Shown: positions 35,771-45,241 of the stretch, piece by piece
Layout of the letters: each line of letters starts with the position of its first letter
How positions within the stretch are numbered: position 1 is the first letter of the stretch
Virus record (IMG/VR): IMGVR_UViG_3300037155_000029
Span: 1-51,789 of that record
DNA length: 51,789 bases
Origin: a virus
Taxonomy: Duplodnaviria > Caudoviricetes
Direction: 5' to 3' (one strand)
Notes under the pieces: generated by a model
The model's input: the letters and a program-made list of their open reading frames with translations, nothing else
What the model was told of the DNA's origin: nothing
Database searches by the model: none
Program-made: the position numbers and the translations under genes

Positions 35771-36253
35771 ATGAAAATTACAGTAGAGGTAGATTTAAAA
35801 GATTTTTATTCCGAAGAAGATGGAGTGAGCTTCTCTAATCAAATTAAGGATTTCATTTCTTACGACGTGAAAGCGAAGGTGTTGGCAGACTGGAAGGCTA
35901 AAATTGGTGAAGAGTTTAACAAGGCGATTGTTATCGAGGTTGAAAAACACAAACAGTCACTTATTACAGACACGTTTACAGAGCTTGTCGTAAATGCAAA
36001 AGTTAAAAAACGGTACAGTTCTGGCGAAATGTGTTCTATTGCCGAATGGATGACCGAAGAATTGGAGCGCACTCAACTTGACGGGTCAAAACTCAAAGAA
36101 TTTCTGACCGCACAAACAACCAGAGCATCCGATACAATTTCCAAAACACTAAAAGAAAGATACGACATGCTTTTTGCCTCTCAGATTGTTGCGAAATTGC
36201 ATGAAAACGGGATGTTAAAAGATGACGTTGCAAAACTTCTTTTAAAAGAATAA
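35771..36253 (+). CDS. Hypothetical protein
   Basis: Helical ORF; probable start MKITVEV after an operator/promoter at 35683-35731. Confidence 0.65.
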   Translation: MKITVEVDLKDFYSEEDGVSFSNQIKDFISYDVKAKVLADWKAKIGEEFNKAIVIEVEKHKQSLITDTFTELVVNAKVKKRYSSGEMCSIAEWMTEELERTQLDGSKLKEFLTAQTTRASDTISKTLKERYDMLFASQIVAKLHENGMLKDDVAKLLLKE

Positions 36254-36486
36254 TTACCCGCCGGACTCGGATTTCGGATAAAGTTGGAGAGTTTTCGAAC
36301 TCAGCTACCAAGTCATAACGCCGAAAGTCTCAATGACAATTCGATTTGTCTCCGGCACGATTAGATTTTATATAATTCAATTTTGTAGCTCAGTCGATTC
36401 AACTGCCACCAAACAGAAAGTGAGCTTTTCATGATGAAAAACAGTCCCGGACAATTGGGTTCGGGACTACAAAAAAAACTAAGGTG

Positions 36487-36660
36487 ATGACAGAAAAAGA
36501 CAAAGATTTAATTAATAAAGCATTCGAATTACGTGCCTCCGAATGGGATTTGGTGTCAAAACTTGAAGAGCAGGCCGAATCAGACGAGGCTAAAAAAATA
36601 CTTCATAATCGGGAAATGTACCTATATCACAAAGAAGAGTATATCTCAGGATTATTATAA
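36487..36660 (+). CDS. 57-aa hypothetical protein (not in ORF track)
   Basis: MTEKDKDLINKAFEL...YISGLL*. Confidence 0.55.
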   Translation: MTEKDKDLINKAFELRASEWDLVSKLEEQAESDEAKKILHNREMYLYHKEEYISGLL

Positions 36661-36733
36661 CCTGTTTAAGCCTTAAACAATAGGATATTATAAATATTAT
36701 AAGTAAATTTGAAACAGTAAAAAACTCAAAAAC

Positions 36734-37765
36734 ATGTCAACAGAAATCAAATTAATTCAAAACCCAATTATTCAGCACAAACTTGCTGAAGTTGGCAAAT
36801 CAGTAACAGAAAGGATTGCGGGGTTAAATATTGACAACCTTGTTGCGACCGAAGACACCGTTAAATCTCTTAAAACGCTTCGCATCGAACTTAATAAGGA
36901 GTTTGAAGAGTACGAAGCTCAACGCAAGGCTATTAAAGAAGCCGTTTCAAATCCTTACCTTGAATTTGATGCCATTTACAAGGTTGAAATATCTGAGAAA
37001 TATAAAAAGGCAGTTGAAATCATAAAGGATAAAATTGCCATCGTTGAGGACAAAATTAAGGCAACCAAGAAAGCAAACGTCATGCGGTACTTCAGTGAGC
37101 TTTGCACTGTTGAAAAGATTGACTTCTTAAAATTTGAAGATGTTGGCCTCGAAATCAACCTTTCGACCACCGAAAAGGCCTACAAAGAGAAATGTAATGA
37201 GTTTGTTCAACGTGTTGCCGATGATGTACTTCTTATCAATGTTCAGGAAAATCCGGCTGAGATATTTGTAGAATATAAAAAAACATTGAACGCCTCAAAA
37301 GCAATTACAGCCGTCTCAGAACGAAAAGCATCCGAAAAATTACAGGCTGAAAGAATCAAACAGGCCGAAACCAATCGTAGACAAACACTTTTGAGAAGCC
37401 TTGCAATGGTATCACACGAAATGACGAAGTCCTTTAATTGGGTTCAGGATGTCAATGTGTTCATTACCATTTCCGATATTGAAAACCTTTCAAAAGATGA
37501 TTTTCAGAAACGATTTGTCGAGTTGGAGACATTAACCAAGCCTGTAATAATTCAACCTGCTCCCGTGGCCGAAGTTGCCAGAACAGTACAGAACGCGCCT
37601 GCGCCAACATTGTCATTCGCTGCCGAACCAATATCTGCCCCAACGGTGGCCGCACATGTTGAAAAATTAGTTTCAGCCTCTTTTGAAGTTACCGGAACTA
37701 TGTCTCAACTTATTGACCTAAAGGCGTATTTAATTGAAAATAAATTAACGTACACAAATATTTAA
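36734..37765 (+). CDS. DUF1351-like coiled-coil protein of recombination module
   Basis: 'LNKEFEEYEAQRKAIKE...PY' and C-terminal 'FEVTGT..QLIDLKAYL'; TAAATTTG at 36704. Confidence 0.7.
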   Translation: MSTEIKLIQNPIIQHKLAEVGKSVTERIAGLNIDNLVATEDTVKSLKTLRIELNKEFEEYEAQRKAIKEAVSNPYLEFDAIYKVEISEKYKKAVEIIKDKIAIVEDKIKATKKANVMRYFSELCTVEKIDFLKFEDVGLEINLSTTEKAYKEKCNEFVQRVADDVLLINVQENPAEIFVEYKKTLNASKAITAVSERKASEKLQAERIKQAETNRRQTLLRSLAMVSHEMTKSFNWVQDVNVFITISDIENLSKDDFQKRFVELETLTKPVIIQPAPVAEVARTVQNAPAPTLSFAAEPISAPTVAAHVEKLVSASFEVTGTMSQLIDLKAYLIENKLTYTNI

Positions 37766-37770
37766 TCATC

Positions 37771-38559
37771 ATGTCAAACGAAAATCAGACTCCGGCCACA
37801 CAACAGCCAAAATCAGTTGCTAATTTTTTGAATATGCCCTCAACGTCTAAATTCCTTGAAGCAACACTTCAGGAAAAAAGAGCTGAATTTGTAAGTAACC
37901 TAATCGCCATGTGTGACGGCGATACAAAACTGGCCGAATGTGATCCAGGATCGCTGATGAAATGCGCCTTAAACGCTACGGCCTTAAATCTTCCATTGAA
38001 CAAGAATCTTGGATATGCTTATATTATTCCCTACAAGGGTGTTCCATCGTTTCAGATCGGGTACAAAGGAATCATTCAGCTCGCTATCAGAACCGGTGCA
38101 TACCGCTTCATTAACGCAACCGAAATCAGAGAAGGCGAAATTAAGCGCAATAAAATTACTGGCGAATTGACCTTTTTGGGGGACAATCCAAAGGCAAACA
38201 TTGTTGGATATATTGCCTACCTCGAATTGATGTCAGGTTTTACTGCTTCGCTTTACATGACCGAAAATCAAATTGAAGATCATGCTTTGCGCTTCTCCAA
38301 AATGTATCAATCCGACAAACAGTACAAATCAATGAAAAGCAAATGGAGCGATCCGGATGCACGGCCAAAAATGGCACTTAAAACAGTTCTGAAGGGATTG
38401 CTTGGAACTTATGGACTGATGACAACTGAATTTGCAAAGGCTTTTGAATCCGACAATGACGAAGCCGAACAAGTCACGGGAAATCGTTACGAAGAGGCCG
38501 AGGTTATTCCACAGGATGAACCAAAACAGGAACCAACAATAGAAAAAATTAAACTTTAA
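37771..38559 (+). CDS. recT: RecT/Redbeta-like single-strand annealing protein
   Basis: 'LGYAYIIPY...FQIGYKGIIQLAIRTG...MALKTVLK'. Confidence 0.9.
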   Translation: MSNENQTPATQQPKSVANFLNMPSTSKFLEATLQEKRAEFVSNLIAMCDGDTKLAECDPGSLMKCALNATALNLPLNKNLGYAYIIPYKGVPSFQIGYKGIIQLAIRTGAYRFINATEIREGEIKRNKITGELTFLGDNPKANIVGYIAYLELMSGFTASLYMTENQIEDHALRFSKMYQSDKQYKSMKSKWSDPDARPKMALKTVLKGLLGTYGLMTTEFAKAFESDNDEAEQVTGNRYEEAEVIPQDEPKQEPTIEKIKL

Positions 38560-39182
38560 TGTTTAAAGTAATTTCATCGGGTAGCATTGGGAACGCCGTT
38601 CTCTATCATGGATCAATCCTTGTCGATTGCGGCATTTCCTTTGCCTCCTTGAAAAATGACTTATATAATATTCAGCTTGTTTTATTGACTCATGAGCATG
38701 GAGACCACTTCAATTTTAGCACACTTCATAAGTTGACAAAAGAGCGTCCATCGCTTCGAGTAGGTTGCTGTAAATGGATGGCAGACAAAGTGTCGTTTGC
38801 TCGTAATGTTGATGTTTATGAAATTGGACAGGTTTATGATTATGGTTCATTTTCGATCAGTCCTTTCAAGCTGTACCACGATGTTGAAAATTGTGGCTAC
38901 CGAATATTTAAAGGCGAAACGAAGATTTTCCACGCAACCGATTCGATGCACTTGGAGGGTATTACAGCAAAGGGATATGATTTGTATGCAATTGAACACA
39001 ATTATGATCCTGAAACTATACTTGAAACGATTGCAAAACTGGAGGCTACCGGACAGTTCTCACATCAAAAAGGAGCGATTAACTCTCATTTATCAGAACA
39101 GCAAGCAAGGGATTTCATCTTCGATAACCGTTCAGAACACTCAAGGGTGCTTAGGCTTCATGAAAGCACAACGAGATTATAA
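38559..39182 (+). CDS. Metallo-beta-lactamase-fold nuclease
   Basis: 'SSGSIGN', 'VDCG', 'THEHGDH', 'HDV', 'ATD', 'EHNYD'. Confidence 0.88.
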   Translation: MFKVISSGSIGNAVLYHGSILVDCGISFASLKNDLYNIQLVLLTHEHGDHFNFSTLHKLTKERPSLRVGCCKWMADKVSFARNVDVYEIGQVYDYGSFSISPFKLYHDVENCGYRIFKGETKIFHATDSMHLEGITAKGYDLYAIEHNYDPETILETIAKLEATGQFSHQKGAINSHLSEQQARDFIFDNRSEHSRVLRLHESTTRL

Positions 39183-39305
39183 TCACCCAATCACAACCGG
39201 CAAAGACCGGCTTAAATATCTCACTCCTCAAATGGAGGTGTTGGAGTCGAAGGGTCAAATCAACGACCGGAAGCAACTTGAAAAATATAAAAAATACAAA
39301 AAGCC

Positions 39306-39758
39306 ATGAAAAAGGAAAGCATTAAATTCAAATTTGAAACAAAAAAGGGTCAGACAGTTTATTTTGTTGAGGTAAATATGAGAGACGCAGCATCAATGTT
39401 AAATCGCTCAACATTTAACAAACAGGGTATTTTCATAACTGAATTAAAAATAGTTCATCAAACACCGCGTAAAATCGCACTGTCCGATGAATATATTACT
39501 CTGTTTGATCGCCAAAAAACCGACCAAGAAAAGGAGAGCTACAATCATTATATCGAGGATGTCAATGTTTCAATCGTTACGAAGGAATTATATTTTCCAA
39601 ATGGCATTTTTTCAAGCTGTTACACTTTGAATGATCCAAAAAAGTGTATCGCAAAAATTAAACAAAAAATTTGCGATAAAATCAATAAAGACTATGGTTT
39701 TTTACGATTTGTGGACATTGAGGAAACGATCAGAAATCTTGAAGTAATCAACCTGTAA
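39306..39758 (+). CDS. Hypothetical protein
   Basis: 150-aa ORF. Confidence 0.6.
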   Translation: MKKESIKFKFETKKGQTVYFVEVNMRDAASMLNRSTFNKQGIFITELKIVHQTPRKIALSDEYITLFDRQKTDQEKESYNHYIEDVNVSIVTKELYFPNGIFSSCYTLNDPKKCIAKIKQKICDKINKDYGFLRFVDIEETIRNLEVINL

Positions 39759-39934
39759 TCAGAAATGAAGCCTACAATATTTGATCTTCAGAAACTTTCC
39801 GGCAACCTTCAAACCTGGGGCGGAATGATTCGAGTTGTAATTAACGGCAAACATTCTCAAATGAGGCGAATTAGGGCTTTTCGGAGAGGGTTATGCGAGG
39901 GAGCGAATGAATTTACAGGACAAATACCGACAAG

Positions 39935-40378
39935 ATGAAAAAAATTACCGCTTTTGCAACAAAGGAAAAGGATAAGCCCCTTGAGATTCACAATAGGTCG
40001 GCTTTTAATTCCGCCTTATCGCAAATGGTCGGCAAACTTAAAATCACAGTTGAAAAGTATTACGCAAAATCAACACCAAAACAATTCGGTTGGCTGTACT
40101 CTTCAATTTATCCGCTTTCAATGATTGCGCTTAATGATGCCGGATATGAATTTGAAACGATTGACGAGGTTGATGATTTCTGGAAAACTCTCTATGCAAA
40201 TCGGCCAGTTTTAAATCGGGAAACTGGCGAAATTGTAAATGTACCGCTTAGAAAATCTAAATTTGTAACCGTTGATCAAATGGCTTATTGTAATGCGATA
40301 CGGCAATATTGCGCTGAATATTTAGGATGTGAAATCCCAGAGCCAGATATTGACTGGAAAAAATACTGCGAAAAATGA
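39935..40378 (+). CDS. NinB-like protein
   Basis: 'STPKQFGWLYS...QMAYCNAIRQYCAEYLGCEIPEP'. Confidence 0.55.
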   Translation: MKKITAFATKEKDKPLEIHNRSAFNSALSQMVGKLKITVEKYYAKSTPKQFGWLYSSIYPLSMIALNDAGYEFETIDEVDDFWKTLYANRPVLNRETGEIVNVPLRKSKFVTVDQMAYCNAIRQYCAEYLGCEIPEPDIDWKKYCEK

Positions 40379-40758
40379 AAATAAATAGAAAAAATATTTG
40401 GCTGATGTTTGATAAAAGGTGTGCATATTGCGGGTGTTTGTTATTGAACGAATCCGGAAAGTATATGCAGATAGATCATGTTACCCCTATTTATCGAGAT
40501 TGGAGTAATTTCGGTATTCCAATTAAGCCAGAAAACGACCTTGTTAAATATCCGGCATGTCCCAAATGCAATAATTACAAGTCGACTATGAGTGTTGAGA
40601 CATTTCGCAAAGAGCTACAAAAGATACCAGAACGATTATTTGATCAAAATGCAACGTATCGCAACGCCTTAAGGTTTAGAATGATCGAAGTTAAATTGTG
40701 GGACGGTATATTTTGGTTTGAAAAATATCAAAAAGATGTTACACAACATGAAATGTAA
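40375..40758 (+). CDS. HNH endonuclease
   Basis: 'RCAYCG...IDHVTP...PACPKCNNYK'. Confidence 0.88.
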   Translation: MKINRKNIWLMFDKRCAYCGCLLLNESGKYMQIDHVTPIYRDWSNFGIPIKPENDLVKYPACPKCNNYKSTMSVETFRKELQKIPERLFDQNATYRNALRFRMIEVKLWDGIFWFEKYQKDVTQHEM

Positions 40759-40800
40759 ATCGCATTATTAGGTTTTGTACTTTGCAGAAAAATTGAAGTT

Positions 40801-40965
40801 ATGGAAAAGAAACAACTGATTGAAATCTTAAACAATCCCAGAACGGTGAAAATCGAACTTCTGGAACTTGCCTGTATGGAGGCGGCACAAATGATCGAAG
40901 AACTTTCTTTGAGCGACTTCGAAAAAGCCGAGCAATTAACGGAAAATTTTCACGGGTACGAATGA
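40801..40965 (+). CDS. 54-aa hypothetical protein (not in ORF track)
   Basis: MEKKQLIEIL...FHGYE*, after operator 40737 and TACTTTG at 40778. Confidence 0.5.
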   Translation: MEKKQLIEILNNPRTVKIELLELACMEAAQMIEELSLSDFEKAEQLTENFHGYE

Positions 40966-41150
40966 AAAAATTCAATCCCGAACTAAGCGATGATGAAAAA
41001 GAACTCCAATTTGCTTATGACGATCAGCGATTGCGAAAATTAGAGGCTAAAACTGAAATCGAAAAGCAACAGGCAGAAATAGCGAATAGGGACAGGATGA
41101 TTGAAAGAATTAAGAGAAGAGCAAGAGAGTTGAACATTAAACTTTATTGA
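40962..41150 (+). CDS. Hypothetical coiled-coil protein
   Basis: 62-aa coupled ORF. Confidence 0.5.
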   Translation: MKKFNPELSDDEKELQFAYDDQRLRKLEAKTEIEKQQAEIANRDRMIERIKRRARELNIKLY

Positions 41151-41162
41151 AATGAAAACGCC

Positions 41163-41633
41163 ATGAATAAAATGATTTTACATAAACTTGAAACGCTAAA
41201 AGAATTTCAAGCAAAATACCCATTATCTCACGTAGGTGGGAGTATTGGGTTAATGATAAGAGGGGTTGATCTTAAACGGGCACTTTATGATTCTGATTTA
41301 GACATTACCGTAGATGTCTTTAATGAAATAACCATTAAAGATAATGGGTTAGAGGCGCGAAGTGATGGTAACGATTTTGATTTTTGCTTCAAAAAAAATC
41401 ATTCTGACGGTCTTTATACGAAAATTGATATTAGAATTGATCCTAAATCATTTTTTGATATTGTTGAGTTTGAGGGAGAAAATTACAACGTATCAATACT
41501 TTCTGATATTTTATCATGGAAAAAAAGGTATGCAGAAAAGGGTGTTTTAAAACATAAATTTGATATTATCGCTATAGAAACAGGAGTAAGACCACCGGAG
41601 CCACAAGATGATTTTGATGATTTACCATATTAA
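41163..41633 (+). CDS. Nucleotidyltransferase-like protein
   Basis: 'VGGSIGL...SDLDITV...KIDI' matches the GS/DxD/D signature. Confidence 0.6.
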   Translation: MNKMILHKLETLKEFQAKYPLSHVGGSIGLMIRGVDLKRALYDSDLDITVDVFNEITIKDNGLEARSDGNDFDFCFKKNHSDGLYTKIDIRIDPKSFFDIVEFEGENYNVSILSDILSWKKRYAEKGVLKHKFDIIAIETGVRPPEPQDDFDDLPY

Positions 41634-41686
41634 AAAGCCATGAGAGACGAATTAGACAGGAGAATTGAACATTAAACTTTATTAAA

Positions 41687-41869
41687 ATGAGTATATTTGA
41701 AATGCTGCATGAGCAATTAATTGATTACAGTAATCAGTTGAAAGAAGTTGAAAAGGAAATAGTCCGCAAATACAAGGCGGGCGAAGATTATCATGATGAT
41801 CTTAAAAAGGCGCGTGGTTTAAAAATGATGAAAGACGGGTGCGTTAAAATGATGGTAGAAAAGAGATAA
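41687..41869 (+). CDS. Hypothetical protein
   Basis: 60-aa ORF. Confidence 0.5.
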   Translation: MSIFEMLHEQLIDYSNQLKEVEKEIVRKYKAGEDYHDDLKKARGLKMMKDGCVKMMVEKR

Positions 41870-41872
41870 ATA

Positions 41873-42469
41873 ATGAAACTCTGCAAAAATCCAGACTGTC
41901 GCAAAGAATTTGAACCAATTTTGAATGGTTCATGTATTGCGTTGTCAAATTATTGCAGGGAATGCGACTACCAAAGGAAACTTGACAAGAGAATTGAGCA
42001 AATGGGGAAACGAATGGTTCAGGAAGAACAGGCGGTTAAAACAGCCTCTAAATCGAAAGTAAAGCGAATCAAAACCGTTAAACAATCTGAAAAAACACTC
42101 AAACGAAAACTTGACGATCTTTTTTCTCTTTTCATCCGACAACGGGATGCAGACGAAAATGGAATGATCACCTGTATTTCTTCAGGTAAAAAAATGAGGT
42201 GGCAGGATTCAGATTGCGGACATTATTTGAACCGCCGACATATGTCAACCCGATACGATGAAATAAATTGCAATGCTCAGGGACGATCCGATAATCGTTT
42301 TGATGAAGGGAACATACAGGGTTATCGCAAAGGACTGATTAAAAAATATGGGTTAAAAGCTGTTGAAGATTTGGAAATGCGAAAATTCAATAAGACAAAA
42401 ATAACTCAGTTTGAATACGAAATATTGATCAAATTATATAAAGAAAAGATCAAACAATATGAAAAATAA
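41873..42469 (+). CDS. ninG: NinG/Rap-like recombination endonuclease
   Basis: 'FSLFIRQRD...CISSG...DCGHY...TRYDEINCNAQ'; some Zn-binding Cys are replaced. Confidence 0.8.
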   Translation: MKLCKNPDCRKEFEPILNGSCIALSNYCRECDYQRKLDKRIEQMGKRMVQEEQAVKTASKSKVKRIKTVKQSEKTLKRKLDDLFSLFIRQRDADENGMITCISSGKKMRWQDSDCGHYLNRRHMSTRYDEINCNAQGRSDNRFDEGNIQGYRKGLIKKYGLKAVEDLEMRKFNKTKITQFEYEILIKLYKEKIKQYEK

Positions 42470-42662
42470 CCTTCAAGCCGGATGGTATGAAACGACTCAA
42501 TATATTGACGGAAGAACTGTAAAGACTATGGTTTTTTACGATTCTGATTCGGGAAAGTTTTACGATCTAAAATTAGATGAGGTCGTGAAGCCTTCTGGAA
42601 GTTTGAAATTTAAGTTTAAAGACGGGTTGATTTTGGTCGATAAGGAGGATGATGCGTGTTAG
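42459..42662 (+). CDS. Hypothetical protein
   Basis: 67-aa ORF whose stop lies in GTTAG at 42658. Confidence 0.45.
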   Translation: MKNNLQAGWYETTQYIDGRTVKTMVFYDSDSGKFYDLKLDEVVKPSGSLKFKFKDGLILVDKEDDAC

Positions 42663-42728
42663 TTGTCTGGGCGGTAAAACTGGCACGAATTTGATTAAAA
42701 GTGATAAAGTAAAAAAAGAAAAATAGCG

Positions 42729-43217
42729 ATGGAATACTTAATAGATAATGAAAAGCACAAGGTAATTTACATCGAATATCAAGATGGATTACCTCATAGC
42801 GTTGTTACTATATTTTTTGTAGATACGGCTAAAGAACCTTATTGGAGACCTGAATATTGGGATTTTTTCGCAAACGAAGGTGATAAAAATGATTTAAGAG
42901 CTTATAGTTCTGGTTCTGGTGGTGATGATAAAAAGATTCAAGCTCCTCAATATATTGATGGTTATTTAGGCGCAAGGTATTGGATGGCTGAATATATTGA
43001 ATTTGATGGAGAGCCAAAAAACATAAAAAGATTGAAAAGCCCTAAATTATTAAGGTGTTATGAAAATTCGAGAAACCCATTTAAAGTTGCCGAAATAACA
43101 CATAGTTGTGAATATTGCGATAGATGTGGACATTACTCTACTGAATTTTGTGATGAACACAAATATGATGATGATGAAGGAAATGTCAGATATAAAGATG
43201 ATGATTCTTACGAATAG
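42729..43217 (+). CDS. Hypothetical protein in probable truncated cassette
   Basis: 162 aa with C-terminal CxxC; flanked by GTTAGTTG (42658) and CAACTAAC (43287). Confidence 0.65.
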   Translation: MEYLIDNEKHKVIYIEYQDGLPHSVVTIFFVDTAKEPYWRPEYWDFFANEGDKNDLRAYSSGSGGDDKKIQAPQYIDGYLGARYWMAEYIEFDGEPKNIKRLKSPKLLRCYENSRNPFKVAEITHSCEYCDRCGHYSTEFCDEHKYDDDEGNVRYKDDDSYE

Positions 43218-43287
43218 CGGTGCGCTGGCTTTTTCTTTTTTGGTCAAGTTCATACGAACTTCATTAAAAGCGAAAAACCAGCCTTGC

Positions 43288-43418
43288 AACTAACGGTATC
43301 CAGCTATGTGCAGGGCGGGATGCGGAGAGAAAATTTGTCAAGCTGCACAAACCAACGGGCGGGTTAAGTCGCTCGAATTACAAACAATACCCGACTTGAC
43401 ATATAGCTGGGGTTATAA
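43288..43418 (-). other. attC-like site E
   Basis: Stem CCAGCTATGTGCAGGGCGGG/CCCGACTTGACATATAGCTGG between TAAC 43291 and GTTA 43412. Confidence 0.7.
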
Positions 43419-43431
43419 ACAGTTTTCAATC

Positions 43432-43815
43432 ATGGTAATTTATCAACACACAGACACAAACGGTTATTCAATTTTTGATACCGATCCAGATTTAAAATAC
43501 ATATCTGGAAGAAGTAGCACAATGACAAAAACAATGGAAGCCAAGCCGACTAAAAAACCACATCAAAGAAAAGAAGAAGGAGTTTATTCAATCGGAGATG
43601 TGTTTTTTGTAAATCACGGCAAAAATGGTTCTTGGTGTGAAATAACAGCATTAGAACCGATTAAGTCAAATATTGCAGACAAGATTAAAAACTGCAATAC
43701 GATGGCAGAACTTGATACTCTCAGAATAGAAATTGTGTCCGATAAAGAAAACTTTGTCGAAAATCAAAAACTATTCTTGTCCGCGAAAAACAGGATTAAG
43801 CGCAACGCTTTTTAA
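43432..43815 (+). CDS. Cassette-borne hypothetical protein
   Basis: Probable start MVIYQH; frame is open from 43306. Confidence 0.6.
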   Translation: MVIYQHTDTNGYSIFDTDPDLKYISGRSSTMTKTMEAKPTKKPHQRKEEGVYSIGDVFFVNHGKNGSWCEITALEPIKSNIADKIKNCNTMAELDTLRIEIVSDKENFVENQKLFLSAKNRIKRNAF

Positions 43816-43818
43816 ATT

Positions 43819-43964
43819 GTTTAACGCTCGGCGGCTAAACCTTCGTTTAACCCGCCTTTGAGGTACGAAAAGGAGAGAGGGTTAAATGAGGTTTAATCGT
43901 TGTTAGGGTCACGTTCGTTCGCGACACTATAAGGCCTTTAGGTACAGGCCGCCGAGCGTTAGGG
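43819..43964 (-). other. attC-like site F (two alternative GTT ends; related to D)
   Basis: Outer stem AACGCTCGGCGGC/GCCGCCGAGCGTT; inner stem TAAACCTTCGTTTAACCC/GGGTTAAATGAGGTTTA; GTTAGGG at 43902 and 43958. Confidence 0.65.
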
Positions 43965-43999
43965 ATCAATTTGAATACCGAGAATTTAAAATTTTAGTC

Positions 44000-44251
44000 A
44001 TGAAAGAAATTATTAAAGATTTAAATCAGATCAAAGTAAATCTGCAATTCGCAGTTGATTTTAGAGACGGGCTCGTTGTTATATCGGAAATTAAAAAAGT
44101 GGACGCCCTGATACTAAGGCTCTCTAAAATTTTAAATGAAGGGATTCAAGTGAACGATAAATCAGTTTGCCCTAAATGCGGAAGTAGTAATTATATAAAT
44201 ACCTACTTAATTGAAGAGTGCAAAGATTGTTGTTGGATCAGGGCAAAATGA
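44000..44251 (+). CDS. Cassette-borne zinc-ribbon protein
   Basis: CPKC...CKDC; ends GTTAGGGATCAATT/AATTGATCCCTAAC. Confidence 0.65.
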   Translation: MKEIIKDLNQIKVNLQFAVDFRDGLVVISEIKKVDALILRLSKILNEGIQVNDKSVCPKCGSSNYINTYLIEECKDCCWIRAK

Positions 44252-44272
44252 TTTGGAGCGAACGCAATTGAT

Positions 44273-44402
44273 CCCTAACGTTGGGTATATGGCAAGTTGG
44301 GGATTAAAAAGTGCTACCCTGTCGAGCCGCACGAAAGAAAATTAACAGCACAAATATTCAAATTGGAACGACACCCCCAATTTGCTATATACATTGTTAG
44401 GG
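44273..44402 (-). other. attC-like site G
   Basis: Stem GTATATGGCAAGTTGGGG/CCCCAATTTGCTATATAC between TAAC 44276 and GTTA 44396. Confidence 0.75.
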
Positions 44403-44422
44403 TGCGTTTATTCTTAATCAAA

Positions 44423-44614
44423 ATGGAACATAAAATTAAAGAGTTAGAAAACTATTTAAACGATTTAGACAACCTAATAGACACAGGGTGGTTTCCAGAA
44501 GAAAGTGTAAAAGATTGTACATTTTATCACAAGGATTTAACGCTTCGTGATTTTGTATCAAAAGGTCGTGAATATATCCGACAGTATTTAATCTCTGAAA
44601 AGGGTGTTTCTTAA
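44423..44614 (+). CDS. Cassette-borne hypothetical protein
   Basis: MEHKIKE...; ends GTTAGGGTGCGTTTA/TAAATGCACCCTAAC. Confidence 0.6.
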   Translation: MEHKIKELENYLNDLDNLIDTGWFPEESVKDCTFYHKDLTLRDFVSKGREYIRQYLISEKGVS

Positions 44615-44619
44615 ATGCA

Positions 44620-44749
44620 CCCTAACGGTCGCAGGTTTGACCAGTAAAGGAATTAAAATAACTAAATTATCAAATTATGAAAAACTTTATTAAGCGCGCT
44701 ATTGATCGCATACGCAGGAAACCTTTATTGGTTAAACCTGTTGTTAGCC
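44620..44749 (-). other. attC-like site H
   Basis: Stem CAGGTTTGACCAGTAAAGG/CCTTTATTGGTTAAACCTG; ATG 44677 lies in the loop. Confidence 0.75.
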
Positions 44750-45084
44750 ACCGTTTTATTAAACACCAAGACAAAACAAATTGGGGCGTATCAATTCACA
44801 TGCTTGAAGAAAGTGGGAGGGCTTATGCCAGAACATATTGGTATGATGATGATGAAACAGTGGTATTTTTAGAAGGATTGCATGTTGATAAAGAAGCGAG
44901 GGGGAATGGCATTGCTTCTAAATTGTTAGACTTACACATTCAGATAGCGAAAGATAATCATGCCAGTTCTCAACTAAAGGTAAAAGAAGGAACGTGGGTG
45001 TATGAATGGTATAAACGCAGGGGATATAAGGACTATGTAAAATGCAAAGAAAGCAATGACATTTGGCTGTATATGCTGCCTTAA
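44677..45084 (+). CDS. Cassette-borne GNAT acetyltransferase
   Basis: 'LHVDKEARGNGIASKLL...WYKRRGY'; ends GTTAGCCACCGTTT/AAATGGTGGCTAAC. Confidence 0.85.
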   Translation: MKNFIKRAIDRIRRKPLLVKPVVSHRFIKHQDKTNWGVSIHMLEESGRAYARTYWYDDDETVVFLEGLHVDKEARGNGIASKLLDLHIQIAKDNHASSQLKVKEGTWVYEWYKRRGYKDYVKCKESNDIWLYMLP

Positions 45085-45162
45085 ATGGTGGCTAACTCAT
45101 TGCTATACGTAATGTATATATACACCCAATTAGGCTGTATATACGCAATTAATATAATGTTT

Positions 45163-45191
45163 AAAGCCGTCCCATAATCGAGGCGGCCTTT
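45163..45191. terminator. Terminator between convergent early and late arms
   Basis: AAAGCCGTC...GGCGGCCTTT hairpin. Confidence 0.5.
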
Positions 45192-45241
45192 ATTAAACGC
45201 TTTTGCGTCGAACCGGAACTACTCATTCCGGCGTGGTGAAA

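Larger units (their letters stand above)
42658..45100 (-). mobile_element. Integron-like cassette array 2 (four clear cassettes plus one probable truncated)
   Basis: Four attC-like hairpins (E-H) with cassette-specific inverted ends. Confidence 0.8.

Noticed and set aside
38797-39309. 170-aa ORF overlapping the MBL nuclease
   Set aside because: Mostly an alternative frame of a supported gene; only the distal part from about 39159 might be a real short gene.
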